From Mobula hypostoma (taxonomy: Eukaryota), in assembly GCF_963921235.1 (NCBI RefSeq), contig NC_086097.1, positions 206,400,001 to 206,464,000 on the forward strand: a stretch of 64,000 nt of DNA. The letters run 5' to 3'. Every line of letters starts with the position of its first letter. The first letter of the stretch is position 1. The position numbers and the translations under genes were made by a program. A model generated the notes under the pieces. It saw only the letters and a list, made by a program, of their open reading frames with translations, had not been told where the DNA came from and made no database searches. Positions 52,521-64,000 of the stretch are shown piece after piece.

Positions 52521-53199
52521 GGGTGCCCTACATTTAAATATGAAGATTGTATTCCTGTCGTATATTCCATTTAAGCTTATTTCCGATATCACAATTGAAA
52601 ATAATTGAGAATCAAGCAAAAACACATGGTGTTTCAAAATGGCATTTTATTTCTTGCAATAAAAACAATTCTTTAATGTATTTTCACATGATGTAACGGT
52701 TTAGCATGGACTAGATGGGCTGAATTGCCTATTTCTCTCCTGTGGTTCTCCATGACTCTGTGACTCTGGTAATCTGATGCAGCTGAAAACTGAGTATCCA
52801 CAAAAAATATTTGTAATACTTAAAATGAAGCTGTATAGCATTCTGTTTTTAGATAACTTAATTGGATCAAAACTACTTGCCAGCTTAATTGATGTACTAG
52901 AGTCAATTTCTTTATACATTTCAAGCAAAAATGCTTTTAAAGAGTATGTATTAATGGCCTTGTGTCTCATATAGGTTAATTTTTACCAGGTTTTTTAAAG
53001 CATGACATATAGATATAATTCGCTTGGTGATTAGATCCAATGTGGGCATAAGATTATATTGTTGCAACCTGTCAGAAACTGTACCCTAGGTACTCGTGTG
53101 GTGAGTTTATGTGTTAACCTATTATATCTAAACTGACTCCTTATCTATAACCTCAAGCTTCCCCTCTAAAAAATGATAATTGTGCTTCAGTGATTTTAT

Positions 53200-53490
53200 T
53201 GTATTTATTTTGAGATACAGCATGGAATAGGTTCTTATGTCCCTTCGAATTGCACCGCCCAGCAGTCTCTGATTTAACACTAGCCTAATCATGGGACAAT
53301 TTACAATGATCTATTAACCTACAACTGTTATGTCTTTGGACTGTGGACAGAAACCAAAGCACCTGGAGAAAACCCAAGCACACACGGGAAGGAATGTACA
53401 AACAATCCTACAGAGGATGCCAGAACAGAATTCTGAACTCCAACACTGTGAGCTGCAATAGAGTCGAGCTGGCCACTACCCTCCTCCCTT
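53200..53490 (-). mobile_element. V-domain SINE
   Basis: ctttggactgtggacagaaaccaaagcacctggagaaaaccca is the reverse complement of the V core. Confidence 0.7.
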
Positions 53491-54994
53491 TTTGAATATT
53501 GCACTATTATTTTATAAGGAATATTTTCCAACATGAGTTAAGCATGCATCCAACATGTAATTATATTTTATTTAAATCATTCATAATTGATGCACAAAAG
53601 AATTATAATATAAAACAATTAAAAAGTTCTTGTAATAATATGGTAAAGAAACATTTCGTTCATAAGTATCACAACAAATATGTTCGCAAAACTGTTCCAA
53701 AGCAGGGCAAAGTGGTTTTATTTTTAACTGGGATTGTGATAGTACTGCACCTGCTAACGCCAATCTCTAAACTCAAACAAGACCTTTAGCCCTATCAGAT
53801 ATAAATATCCACGAGTACTCTCACTAACGGGAAATTATAATATAACTACCCAATATTCAAAGACTAGTTCACTTCTCTAATTTATTCCAGCATTGGGTCC
53901 CCTCTCCTTACCAAGGAGAAGATACTTCCAGCTAACAAAGTAGTTTAAAACACAATTAATTTATTTTCAGTGATACATGTTTAAATCCAAGCTATTTCAA
54001 GTCCAAAGTACAAACTATTTCTAAAGCACAAAGCATTTTCAAAGCACAAAGGCCAAAAGATTTCAAAACAGTTACAATTATAGGTACAACATACAATTTA
54101 CAAGTACAATAGATTAAAAAGACATACTAACGATGCAGATGAATGAATCATCCATTGCAGAAATTGAAGCCAGAGGAATGGATTCTAGTTCACCCCATGT
54201 TTCTTACATAGCTTCTTGATGTTCTTTATCCCATTCCTAAAAAGCCTGAACTGCTCTCTGCATTTACACCCTTTTCTTCCACTTGGCTGACTTCAAACAC
54301 ATATTTTTCCTTGGGAACCCTTTTTACACAAAGGATCTAACAGCTTTTTGAATTACAGTTACCAGTTATCCCCAATTAATGCTGTAATACTAAGTTCACT
54401 GAGTACAAAAAACTTAAAACATTAATAGATCAGAAATTTGATATACTAAGTGGTATTACCAATCTGGTCTGCAAGCATCCCTGAACTAAAACAATGTAGT
54501 CAGTGTCATCTGTTTTGAAACAAACCAAATTAAATAATCCATTGTCTTATACTGCACATTTGAACAGCAATAAATCAAATGTAGTGAACTACATCTTATT
54601 GTCCATAGAGAGAGCATCTACTATATACAAATATTGTTTGTAAGGCTGTTCTATTGACAGTGCTTTTTTAACTTCAAGCTGATTACTGCTTGCCATCCAT
54701 TTACATTTTAAGGAATGGAGACTAACTTCTATTTATGACCAGAGCTAAACAAAGCAACTTGTTTCTTGGTCTCCAGAGATGCTGCCTGACCTGTTGAATT
54801 CCTCCAGAACTTTGTGTGTGCTGTATAAAGGTAGATAGTCTTAGCCTGAGCAAAGGATGGATTACTAGATATTCACAGTTCAAATGCATGCATTGTGATT
54901 CCTGCATAATTTTCCTAACTTTTTTAATATATAATGAGATAGATACATAGATGACTTCTATAGATATGTGGTAGAGAGAATATTGATGAGCTGA

Positions 54995-55600
54995 ATCACA
55001 GCCTGGTATGGCAACACCAAAGTCATTGAATGGAAAATCTTACAAAGAGTAGTAGATACGGCCCAGTCCATCATAGGTAAAGCCTCCCCACCACTGAGCA
55101 CATCTTCATAGAGCATTGTTAAAGAAAACAGCATCTATCATCAGGGAGACCCACCACCCAGGACATGCTCTCTTCTCACTGCTGCCATCAGGAAGAAGGT
55201 ACAGGAGCCTCAGGACTCACACCAGCAGATTCAGGAACAGGTATTACCCCTCAACCATCAGCCTCTTGACCAAAGGGGATAATATTACTCAACTTCACTT
55301 GCTCCATCACTGAAATGTTCCCACAATCTATGGACTCACTTTCAAAGACTCTTCATCTTAGTTTTTCAATTTTGATTGCTTATTTATTTACTTATATTAT
55401 TTAATTGTTTTTGTATTTGCACAGTTTGTTGTCTTTTGCACATTGGTTGAAAGCCCAATTTGGTGTAGCCTTTCATTGATGATATTATGGTTATTATTCT
55501 ATTATGGATTTATTGAGTATGCCTGCAAGAAAATGAATCTCAGGTTTGTATATGGTGACATATATGTTCTTTGATAATAGATTTACTTCAAACTTTGATG
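54995..55600 (+). mobile_element. Rex1/Babar-like LINE 3' fragment
   Basis: ASIIRETHHPGHALFSLLPSGRRYRSLRTHTSRFRNRYYP; family 3' end. Confidence 0.85.
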
Positions 55601-55794
55601 TAATTCCACAGTTTTATGATAAGAGAGACGTATTTCCACAGTTGTTCCCTGGCAACTCTACCTCAGACCTCCACTTCCAGAAGGCCTGATAAACTTTTAT
55701 CAGTATTTTTCTGTCAATAACGTTTGAATTGTTTTTAAATTTCTCTGATAATTAGAAATATTTAGAAAGAATATAAGTAAGTTTGAATAATGAA

Positions 55795-55930
55795 AAAACA
55801 TGGAGCTTAGAAAAATAGGGGGCTATGCGGTAGGGAAATTCTAGGCAGTTTCTAGAGTAGGTTATATGGTTGGTGCAGCATTGTGGACCGAAGGGCCTGT
55901 AATGTTCTGTAGATTTCTATGTTTCTGTGT
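55795..55930 (+). mobile_element. Short CR1 3' tail
   Basis: gtggaccgaagggcctgt...tttctatgtttct. Confidence 0.7.
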
Positions 55931-56229
55931 ATTGGTATGTTCAATATTGTCTTAAGGTAATGATGCCTAGTTTCTTCAGAAAATCACTCTTAGCCACTGA
56001 CTCTAATCACTCACCACCAATATAGATGTTTGCATCGATATTGGACCCTTCAGATGAAGTTCTGTCCTTGCAGAGTTGTCATAACTAAGATTTTCTTTTT
56101 CCACTTCTGCAACATCATAGGACACCACCTACAAGAATGCCCTAGGAAAGTTTTTCCTGCCCTAGTCATCCTCCAACTCTGTTATTCCCAATGTCCTCTT
56201 GATCTGATTCCACTCCTCCACCCTCCATA

Positions 56230-57190
56230 ATGGAGGTAGGTAAGGGTAGGGCAGTGAATATTATCTACGAGGACTAGATCAAAGCCTCTGACAACGTCCC
56301 ACATGGCAGGTTGATCTGGAAGATAAGGTCACATGGGATTCAGAAGGAGCTAGTGAGGTGGATCCAGTATTGGTTCAATCGCGGGAAGCAAAGGATGACT
56401 GTTAGACGTTGATTTTACAACTGGAGGCCTGTGACTAATGGAGTGCCCTGGTGTTGGTGTTGAGATCTCTGTTATCCATTATTTATGTAAATGAAGTGAC
56501 TGTGAATGTACATGGCACAATTAGCAAGTTGTTGGTGATACATTTCAACTTAGGGAAGTGTGAGGTGACACACTTTAGACGGACAAACCAGGGTAGGGCT
56601 TATACAGTAAATGGGAAGGCACTGACTCGTGTTGTGGAACAGAGGGTTCTAGGAGTACAAATGTACAAGGAGAGAGGGCGGCAAAGAAGATATTTAGCAT
56701 GCTGGCCGTCATCAGCCAGAGTATCAAGTTTAGAAGTAGAGATATTATGCTGCAGTTATACAAGTTGGCAAGGCTGCACTTGAAGAATTGTGCACTGTTT
56801 TGGGTACCCTGTTATAGGAAGGAGATTGTTAAGCTGGAGAGGGTGAAGAAGAGATCTATGCAGATGCTGTCTGGACTAGAGAGCCAGGTTATAGGGAGAG
56901 GTTGGCTATGCTGGATCTTTATTACCTGGAGCACAGGAGAAGTTGAAGAGACCTGAGAGGTAACTTCTTTATACAGAGGACAGTAAGTACCGTACCTGGA
57001 ATGAATTGTCAGAAGAACTGGTTGGGGTGGCCACATTTGCAATATTTGAGATATTTGGATAGGTACATGGAGAGGAAGGATTTGGAGGGTTATAGGCTGA
57101 ATTTGGGCAGGGAGGATGCTGTAGTTGGCATGGATCAATTAGCCTTCTGAGCCTATATCTATGTTATATTATTTTATGACTCTATGACTA
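56230..57190 (+). mobile_element. CR1 RT and 3' fragment, decayed
   Basis: FNLGKCEVTHF, IMLQLYK..LHLKNCALFW; (tatgactc) tail. Confidence 0.85.
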
Positions 57191-58688
57191 TTGGTAGCCT
57201 TGTATTATGTTGCCAAAGCCCTAAACTCTGGAGATATAAGAGAATACAAATACTGAGATCTGGATAAAAAATTCAAGTTGCTCGAGAAACTTAGGGGATC
57301 AGGCACCATGTGTGGAGGTAAGGGGATTGACAACATTTGGAATTGAAACCCTTCATTGGTCCTGAGTTCCTTCAGTAGGTTGTTCTTTATTGCCCATAAG
57401 ATATAGGATTCACTTTTCTTTTACTTTTCTAATTTTCTTATCACTGAAAATTACATTTTAATACCTCTATCTATGACTAAGTTGTTGGTCATGTACCTTA
57501 ATATCTCTTTATATAACTTAGTGTCAAAATTGTTTTGATTATGCTTCCAGTATCTTGAGGTGTTTTACTACAGTGAAGGTACCACTTCAATCCACTACTT
57601 TTGTTGTTAATTGAATTGTGCTGTGAAGAAAGAAAAATTACCTGGATGCATTGCATATACTGTGATTGATTTGCTGTTTCTCTGGAATAAATATTCGTGT
57701 TTTGCTGGTTTGAGGATACAAAACCTTCCATATAAACTCCAGGTTTCCATTTTTTACATTTCTATTCATTAGTTTAATTCCCCCTCCTTCCTTACGGCTT
57801 TTAACAGAATAGGCCCTGAGCATTAAATCATTAATATAAATTCAGTGGACAATGATGTAGCTGCCATCACCATTTCACTATTTCTAATTTGAACCCAGTA
57901 GTGAACAGATATAATAATAAACCAAGTATGCAAGTGAGGGATGGAAATGAGGTAGGTTAGATTGAAATGAGGTAGGGCAGTGGAGATTACTTGAGGCTGA
58001 AGCATCAATGTGGCTTTGGGTTGGATGGCCTGTTTCTGTGCAATAAGTTTCATACCTTGTTCACCCTAAAATTTTCCATATGGGAATTGAACGAACTGGC
58101 TGAACAGAATGAATAATACACCAGAATTTTTATATCCTTTGATGAAGCTAGTAACATCTGTTGACAAGGATTTTTAAAATATCCACAGCAGTTCAAATGG
58201 CTGAAAAATCTGTAGCGGGGTTTCCCTGTTGTTCAGTGTAACCCTGGCAAAGGAGCTGTGGAAAACCAGAGAAAATGGCATATGGCTGGTGTATCTTTGG
58301 TTCTTTTACTAAAAAAGATGATGGACAATTGGGAGAACTGCAGCAGGAATTCACTTTCCCCAACAGATGCATGGCAGCACATGCAAAACTTTTCTGGAAG
58401 CACTCAGTAACTGAACTGCAGATTTAAACCATGATCGTCTCAAGTGCAAAAACTCATCTGACCTGACTTGGGAATTTTCATCAAATACGAGCTCCTATGT
58501 GGAGCACTACATGGTGCTGAGCTGCTGTCATTTATGAGATCGAAGTCCAGAACAGAATCACTCTCAGACTCAATCACATCCAGGTCATGGATATGTCATT
58601 ATGAATGGGGGAACAGCTCGAGAGGAAAAATATCATTTTTATGCGCAATATTAAAATTGCTCCTGGAATAATTAAAAAGGCACTTTAC

Positions 58689-59504
58689 CTCTGCTGGAGA
58701 AACTTTTCCGGAAGCCAATGTCAATAGTCTTGCAAAGTTGCCTTCCTGCTGTTAACTTCTCCAGTAAAATCCTTTCATTTTCCTTGTGTGTTTCCTTTAT
58801 GATGTAACCCCGCTCTGCCTGTAGAGCTATAGCCTGTTCCAGGAGACTTAGGTTCCCCTTTGCAGTGCTAAAGTCTTCTGAATCCTCTGTAGTTGTGGAT
58901 AGCTGAGAAGTACAGTCATCATCAGTCATTGGAGACTGCATGTCACCTACAGGAAGGCCTGGCTTTGAATCTGGTGCTTCACCAGTACTGTTCACTCTGC
59001 TCTGATAGGCTGGCTCCTGTGAAACAATTTCTGTTATCTCAGATTCCTTGCCTTTTGCCCTTAAAATGTCTTTAGGTTTACTGCCCAGGCTATACACCTG
59101 GACTGCGAGGGGCTTTAATTCATTCTTGTTAGATGGTTTGGATAAATCTTGGGGTTGGTCACAGTTGTCGTAAATATTCTCGGAAGGAACTTGAGTATTT
59201 TCTGTGTAGGAATAGTGTGGTACTATTTCTTTCTCACATACACTTGCCTTATCTTTAGTTAGGATTTCAGAAGTATTTCTTTCATCTCCATCACTTTCTC
59301 CCTCCAAAGATTGTACCCCACTGTCATTTAAATTGTTTTCGATACACCTCTGTATTCCTGCATCTTCAGCTATTTTTCCCAGATCTTGAAGTGATTTAGC
59401 TACCAGCTCCTGATAGCTGTTGAAATCATCACTATTATTATTAGTGTCTTTCTCTGGTAGGTCCATTTGAGGGTCTTCGTGTGTTGAATACAGAATTCTG
59501 TTTT
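58689..59504 (-). CDS. ST18: ST18 coding exon B (816 nt, phase 1/1), acidic N-terminal region
   Basis: ORF 58672-59466 has SYQELVAKSL, NLNDSGVQSL and AKGNLSLLEQAIALQAERG. Acceptor ttgcctag|AA, donor AGAG|gtaaag; in frame with exons A and C. Confidence 0.93.
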
Positions 59505-60699
59505 CTAGGCAACAAACAAATCATTAAAGCACATGAGGTTTCTCTTTTCATTTTGTTATTTCATCTCCTAAAGACACTAATTCTTGATGGGGAATAGCTC
59601 TTCAGGCTCCTGGCACCATTCATATCCTTCGTAAATTGGTCTTGGCAGTAAGTGCCAACCTGCAATCTTACCACTGGGGAGACCACAGCCAAATCCCAAT
59701 CTATCTTTGCCCAAAATGCATACACATGGTTAGTTATCAAGAATAAGGTCCAGGGTTGATCTTTTTCTAACCTTAGGCAGAGGGCTTTGAGAAAAATTTT
59801 AGCACTCCAGCTGCCATTGTGGCTGTGATAAAGGCAACTTAGATTCTGGAGAGGGAATGTTTGCTCATGGTGCTATGCAGTAAATTCATTGGAGAATCAT
59901 TTTCAAATAATTGGTAATTCAATAGGAAAAAAATGAAAAGGGACATTTTGTTGGAGCTGTAAAAATTTTGATGTTCAGGTAAATCTTGAACGATCTGTAT
60001 CTACTGGCCATTATATTGATAGGAACACAGGTGCCACTGGCAAAGAGAATATCTTTATACAAGGGGTCATTGCTGTCATTTTGAAGCAAAAACACAACTG
60101 ACTTCTAAAATTAAATGTTTAAGTATTTACTAAAAGTAAGGTCAAACTCCCACAGCATTGCAAATTGGAAGTGAACACTAAAAGGGAGAAACATATCTGT
60201 ACTTGCTGCCACTTAGAGTGTGCACAAGATCTGCCTTATCTATATATTGTCCCATTCCTTTCCATGCAGCTGAACACGTGGTAATGAGGACAGCTGTTGT
60301 CCAATACTCATGCACAGTTACCAAAGATAGAATTTTCTCTTAATTTATCAGATTCAGGTGAAGAATAATTCAATGAAACATATTTGAGACGTAATGTTGG
60401 TGAGAAATTGACATTTCTTCTTAGTTGGGCAGCTGAGTGATGTGCGACTAAAGTATGACAGCAGTGCTCCTGCTGGAGTGGTGCAATGAGAGTCCAATAA
60501 ATTAATGTGGGCACAGTTGTTTAGGAACTGACAGTGCTTTAAAGCCATATTAAGCAGTTAGTTCACTGGAGAGAGTATTTTTTTCAGGGACCCCACACTC
60601 CCCCAATGGACAATTCTGCTGCACAGGAGGTTCAAGATATGATAGAGGAGAAAGGTCAGGGAGTAGGAAGAGGATCGGTGAAATAGAGCTAAGACAGAT

Positions 60700-61830
60700 A
60701 GTAGATACATATTATACAGTACAGGAACAGGTCATTCAGCCTACCATGTTGGTACCAACCATGATGCAAGTGCAAACTAATCCTATCCATCTGCACATGG
60801 TTTGTATCGCTCCATGCCTTTGCCTGTCGATGTCCCTGCCTAACTTATTCTTAAGTTTTGTTTTGGTACCTGCTTTCATCATCTCCCCTGGCAGCAAGTT
60901 CCAGGCACTACAACCTCTGTGTAAATGCCTCGTTGCCTCAAAAATCTCCTTTAAACTTTCCCTTTCTCACCTTAAGTTTATGGGCACTGGTATTTGACAA
61001 TCTTCCCCTTCCTTCTAGGGGAAAGACTCTATCTACCCCAACTATGATCCTCATACTTTTATGTACTATTATCATATCACTCCTCATCCTTCAACACTCC
61101 AGAGAAAGCAATCCAAGTTTTTCCAACCTCTTCTTATAGCTAATATCCTCCAATTCAGGCAACATCTTGGTGAACCTCTTCTGCACCTTTTGCAAAGTTT
61201 TCACTTCCTTCCTGTAATGTGGCAGCTAAGACTTCACATAATACTCCAAGTGTGGTCTAACCAGTGTTTCATTCAATTGCAACGTGACTTCCCAACTTTT
61301 ATAATGAACAGCTTGACTAGTGAAGGCAAGCATGTTGTTTAGCCTCTTTACTATCCATCCTACTTGTGTTGCCGCCTTCAGGGAGCTATGGACTTGGACC
61401 CCAAGATCCCCAGTACATGTTGACAGTTGCTGTATATTTTCCTCTTGCATTTAATCACCTAAATTATAACCTCTCACACTTGGGTCTGAATTCATCTCCA
61501 TCTGCCATTTCTCTGCCCACATTTCCAACTGGTCTGTATTCTGTTGAATCCTTTGACAACCTTCCTCAATATCTACAATTCTGCCAATTTTTGCGTTATC
61601 TGAAACTTACTAATAAAACCATCAACATTTTTGTTTGTGTAGCTTATATATATCACAAACAACAAAGTCCCAGTACTAAACTTTGTAGATGACCATTAGT
61701 AACAGACCTGCAGTAAGAATAATAGCCTTCCAGCACCAGAACTACCCTCTGCCTTCTTTGACCAAACCTATTCTGAATCTACCAGATCTCCATTCATCTC
61801 ATGTGCCTTGATCTTTAGGACCAGCCTTCT
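60700..61830 (-). mobile_element. CR1 RT and 3' fragment, decayed
   Basis: DLGVQVHSSLK...LVRPHLEY in ORF 61226-61450; CR1-type 3' end near 60700. Confidence 0.85.
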
Positions 61831-62458
61831 ATGAAGGTGATTTTGATTGTGGTTGGAAGTAAATAGTGCTAAATTTTTTGTGTTATAACACATTACAGGA
61901 ATTTAAAATCCAAATCGCAGGTAATTATTATTGACTTATCTTTAAAAAAAGCTTTAGGGTTTTTAAATGTTGGCATTGAGGACAAAATAAATATGTGGAA
62001 TCAGGCAAACACTGCAAAAAAATCAGTGTAACCAAAAAATCAGCACAAAAATATAACAGTACAATAATGAAAAAAACAGAATTATGTTTGGTGGTGTATG
62101 ATTCATTGAATTGTTTCTCAATCCACTACTTTGGCCACTTCTGTTTATTACTAATGGAATGATTGTACCTAATAAAAGCACTAGAAAGCAACAATCACTA
62201 CTGTTGCTAAGTTACACAGTTCTGATATATCCCAATTAGCCACAGATTACTGGACATGGTGAAAATGCACGTTTACCTAACAATGTCTTTTTTATGCCAT
62301 GCTGAAAAACATCATTGAAAGGAGTATACGTCATTGGAATATTGTTATAATTATAATGATGTACTGAAACGCCTATTTGGACTTGCTATCTATTTAAAGA
62401 ATAGTTCCAAAAAAGCTACTGGACTTCACTCTGACATGGGTTATCTTTTTAGCATTAC

Positions 62459-62652
62459 CTAACAAATGCCGGTGGTTTTCCATATTATCTGCCTTTGCCA
62501 TAATCTCGTCACAGTCTTTACCATCCTTACTTTCTTCTTCACAGTCCTTGCTGGGACTGTAGTGACGTGGTTTCATCAGCAGGGATTTTCTTTTGTTCAC
62601 TGATGCTCCCAGTTCCATTTCTTGTACCTTTCTCCTCTTTGCCAGAGAACAG
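62459..62652 (-). CDS. ST18: ST18 coding exon A (first seen in window; 194 nt, phase 2/1)
   Basis: Encodes CSLAKRRKVQEMELGASVNKRKSLLMKPRHYSP; VNKRKSLLMKPRHYSP matches the ST18 N-terminal motif as I recall it. Acceptor tttcatag|C, donor TTAG|gtaatg. Confidence 0.9.
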
Positions 62653-62999
62653 CTATGAAACATTTAAGGGAGGGAAAACAGAACAATTATACAAATTTTA
62701 TTTTTGGAAGCGACACAATCTTTGAATATTACTGCCAGAATGGAGTCGACTCCAGCCAATAAAGACCAACGCATGATAGCAGAAACATATGAAGTTTGGG
62801 AGCAACAGTGTTGGCAGTAGATGTCACCGTATTTAATTCTACTTGTTCAAATTGTGCATGATTGTAGGTGGTTGCATGTGACTCTTAACATGTTCACTAT
62901 TACTAAGGCTTGGTAAGTGTATTGTACCAGGAACGTATTCACTTGATAGTTTGATATGATTGCCTACTTTGAAAATGGGTAGATATTCATGCTCTTATT

Positions 63000-63400
63000 T
63001 CCTTGTAACATAGAACAAGCCCATTTGACACATCAAAGATTTTCTAGCTAACAGAGCAATCATCACTCTAATTTCCCCACTTATTTACTTGTTACTTATT
63101 CTCTTACACAAGGCCATTGAGAATCTTGATTCTTTCACCAATCACCTACTGTACATTATCAGCAATAACCTGACAAGCAGCAAATCCTCCTTAGGATGTG
63201 GCAGGAAACTGGGGCATCTGGGGTAAACCTTCATGGTCACAGGAAAGTGTGCAAGCACCACTCAGTTAAAACCAAAGCTACAGGAAAGATGCCGTTAAAC
63301 TGGATATAGTGCAGCAAAGATTTTCAAGGATGTTGCCAGTGGTAAGAATAGAACCCAATTCACTGGAGCTTTGAGGCAGCAGCACTACCTGCAGTGCCAC
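63000..63400 (-). mobile_element. V-domain SINE with a small internal CR1 fragment (~63280-63345)
   Basis: ggatgtggcaggaaactggggcatctggggtaaacc...gtcacaggaaagtgtgcaa. Confidence 0.6.
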
Positions 63401-63409
63401 CGTGCCATA

Positions 63410-63755
63410 CCGTGTCAAGTTTAAAGGCTTTATTGTAGGAATCGGCAAATTAAAATTTCACATAAACTCTGCCATGTACAATCCCAAGGCTGGCTGCAAA
63501 AGGAGGAGAGTTGGTATGGGGCTAGCAACCCCATTCCGTAAAAACCCAGATCTACAGAAATGCCAGCGTAAGGTTCAAGGACCTCTTCCCTGGGACAGGA
63601 AGGTACTTCACCTAGAAGATATATGAAGTTGTGTGGTAAATGTGGAAGCCACAGTGCCAATCAATCTTCCAACAGCTCAGGACAGAGGACTTCAGGTAGC
63701 TGCTGTTGACAGCCTATACCCCAGTAGGGGTGATGTGTTTAAGAAGATGAAGAAT
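63410..63755 (+). mobile_element. Short non-autonomous RTE-clade-like retroposon
   Basis: ggaggagagttggtatggggctagcaaccccattccgtaaaaa resembles RTE 5'UTRs; gctcaggacagagg...ggtgatgtgtttaagaaga resembles RTE 3' ends with a gaa-rich tail. Confidence 0.55.
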
Positions 63756-63809
63756 TCACATAGTTTCAAGAATTTAATTACAATTTGCAAATATATATAA
63801 ATTCTACTT

Positions 63810-64000
63810 TCCAGATTGTATTTCTACAAGGTGATCTTGAGAAGCTGAATACATGGATTGAGAAATGGTAACTGGAATTTAATTTAAATAAGTGCAAAGA
63901 GTAGCATTTTGGATAATCAAGTCAATGAAGGGCTTTCACAATGAATGACAAAGCCATGGGGAGTGCTGTAGAACAAAGGCCCCTTGGATTTCGGGTACAT
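63810..64000 (+). mobile_element. CR1 RT fragment running off the window
   Basis: gagaaatggtaactggaatttaatttaaataagtgc (W.MEFN..KC-like) and gtgctgtagaacaaagg. Confidence 0.7.

Overview
Eukaryotic (vertebrate) genomic DNA. The repeat content (esterase-type CR1 LINEs, V-domain SINEs, Rex1/Babar LINEs, Penelope-like repeats) suggests a cartilaginous fish, possibly a ray; this is inference. The window lies inside one minus-strand gene of the MYT1/NZF CCHHC zinc-finger family, best called ST18 (Myt3/NZF-3). I read 15 internal coding exons between 62652 and 10577. All have GT-AG boundaries with matching phases and join into 2687 nt of open frame encoding six CCHHC fingers. The 5' and 3' terminal exons were not found in the window. 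The introns hold a three-level nested CR1 stack (~1470-9545), a decayed Gypsy LTR element with both LTRs, a 4-bp TSD and a PNMA-like Gag N-terminus (32400-38712), Rex1/Babar and Penelope fragments, a Tc1 remnant and several SINEs. I found no well-supported new biological system. The best leads are decayed hammerhead-ribozyme motifs in the Penelope-derived repeats, the PNMA-like Gag, and the MYT1L-like features and modular finger exons of this ST18. Family assignments come from my recall of motifs, not database searches. Repeat boundaries are approximate unless a junction is stated.
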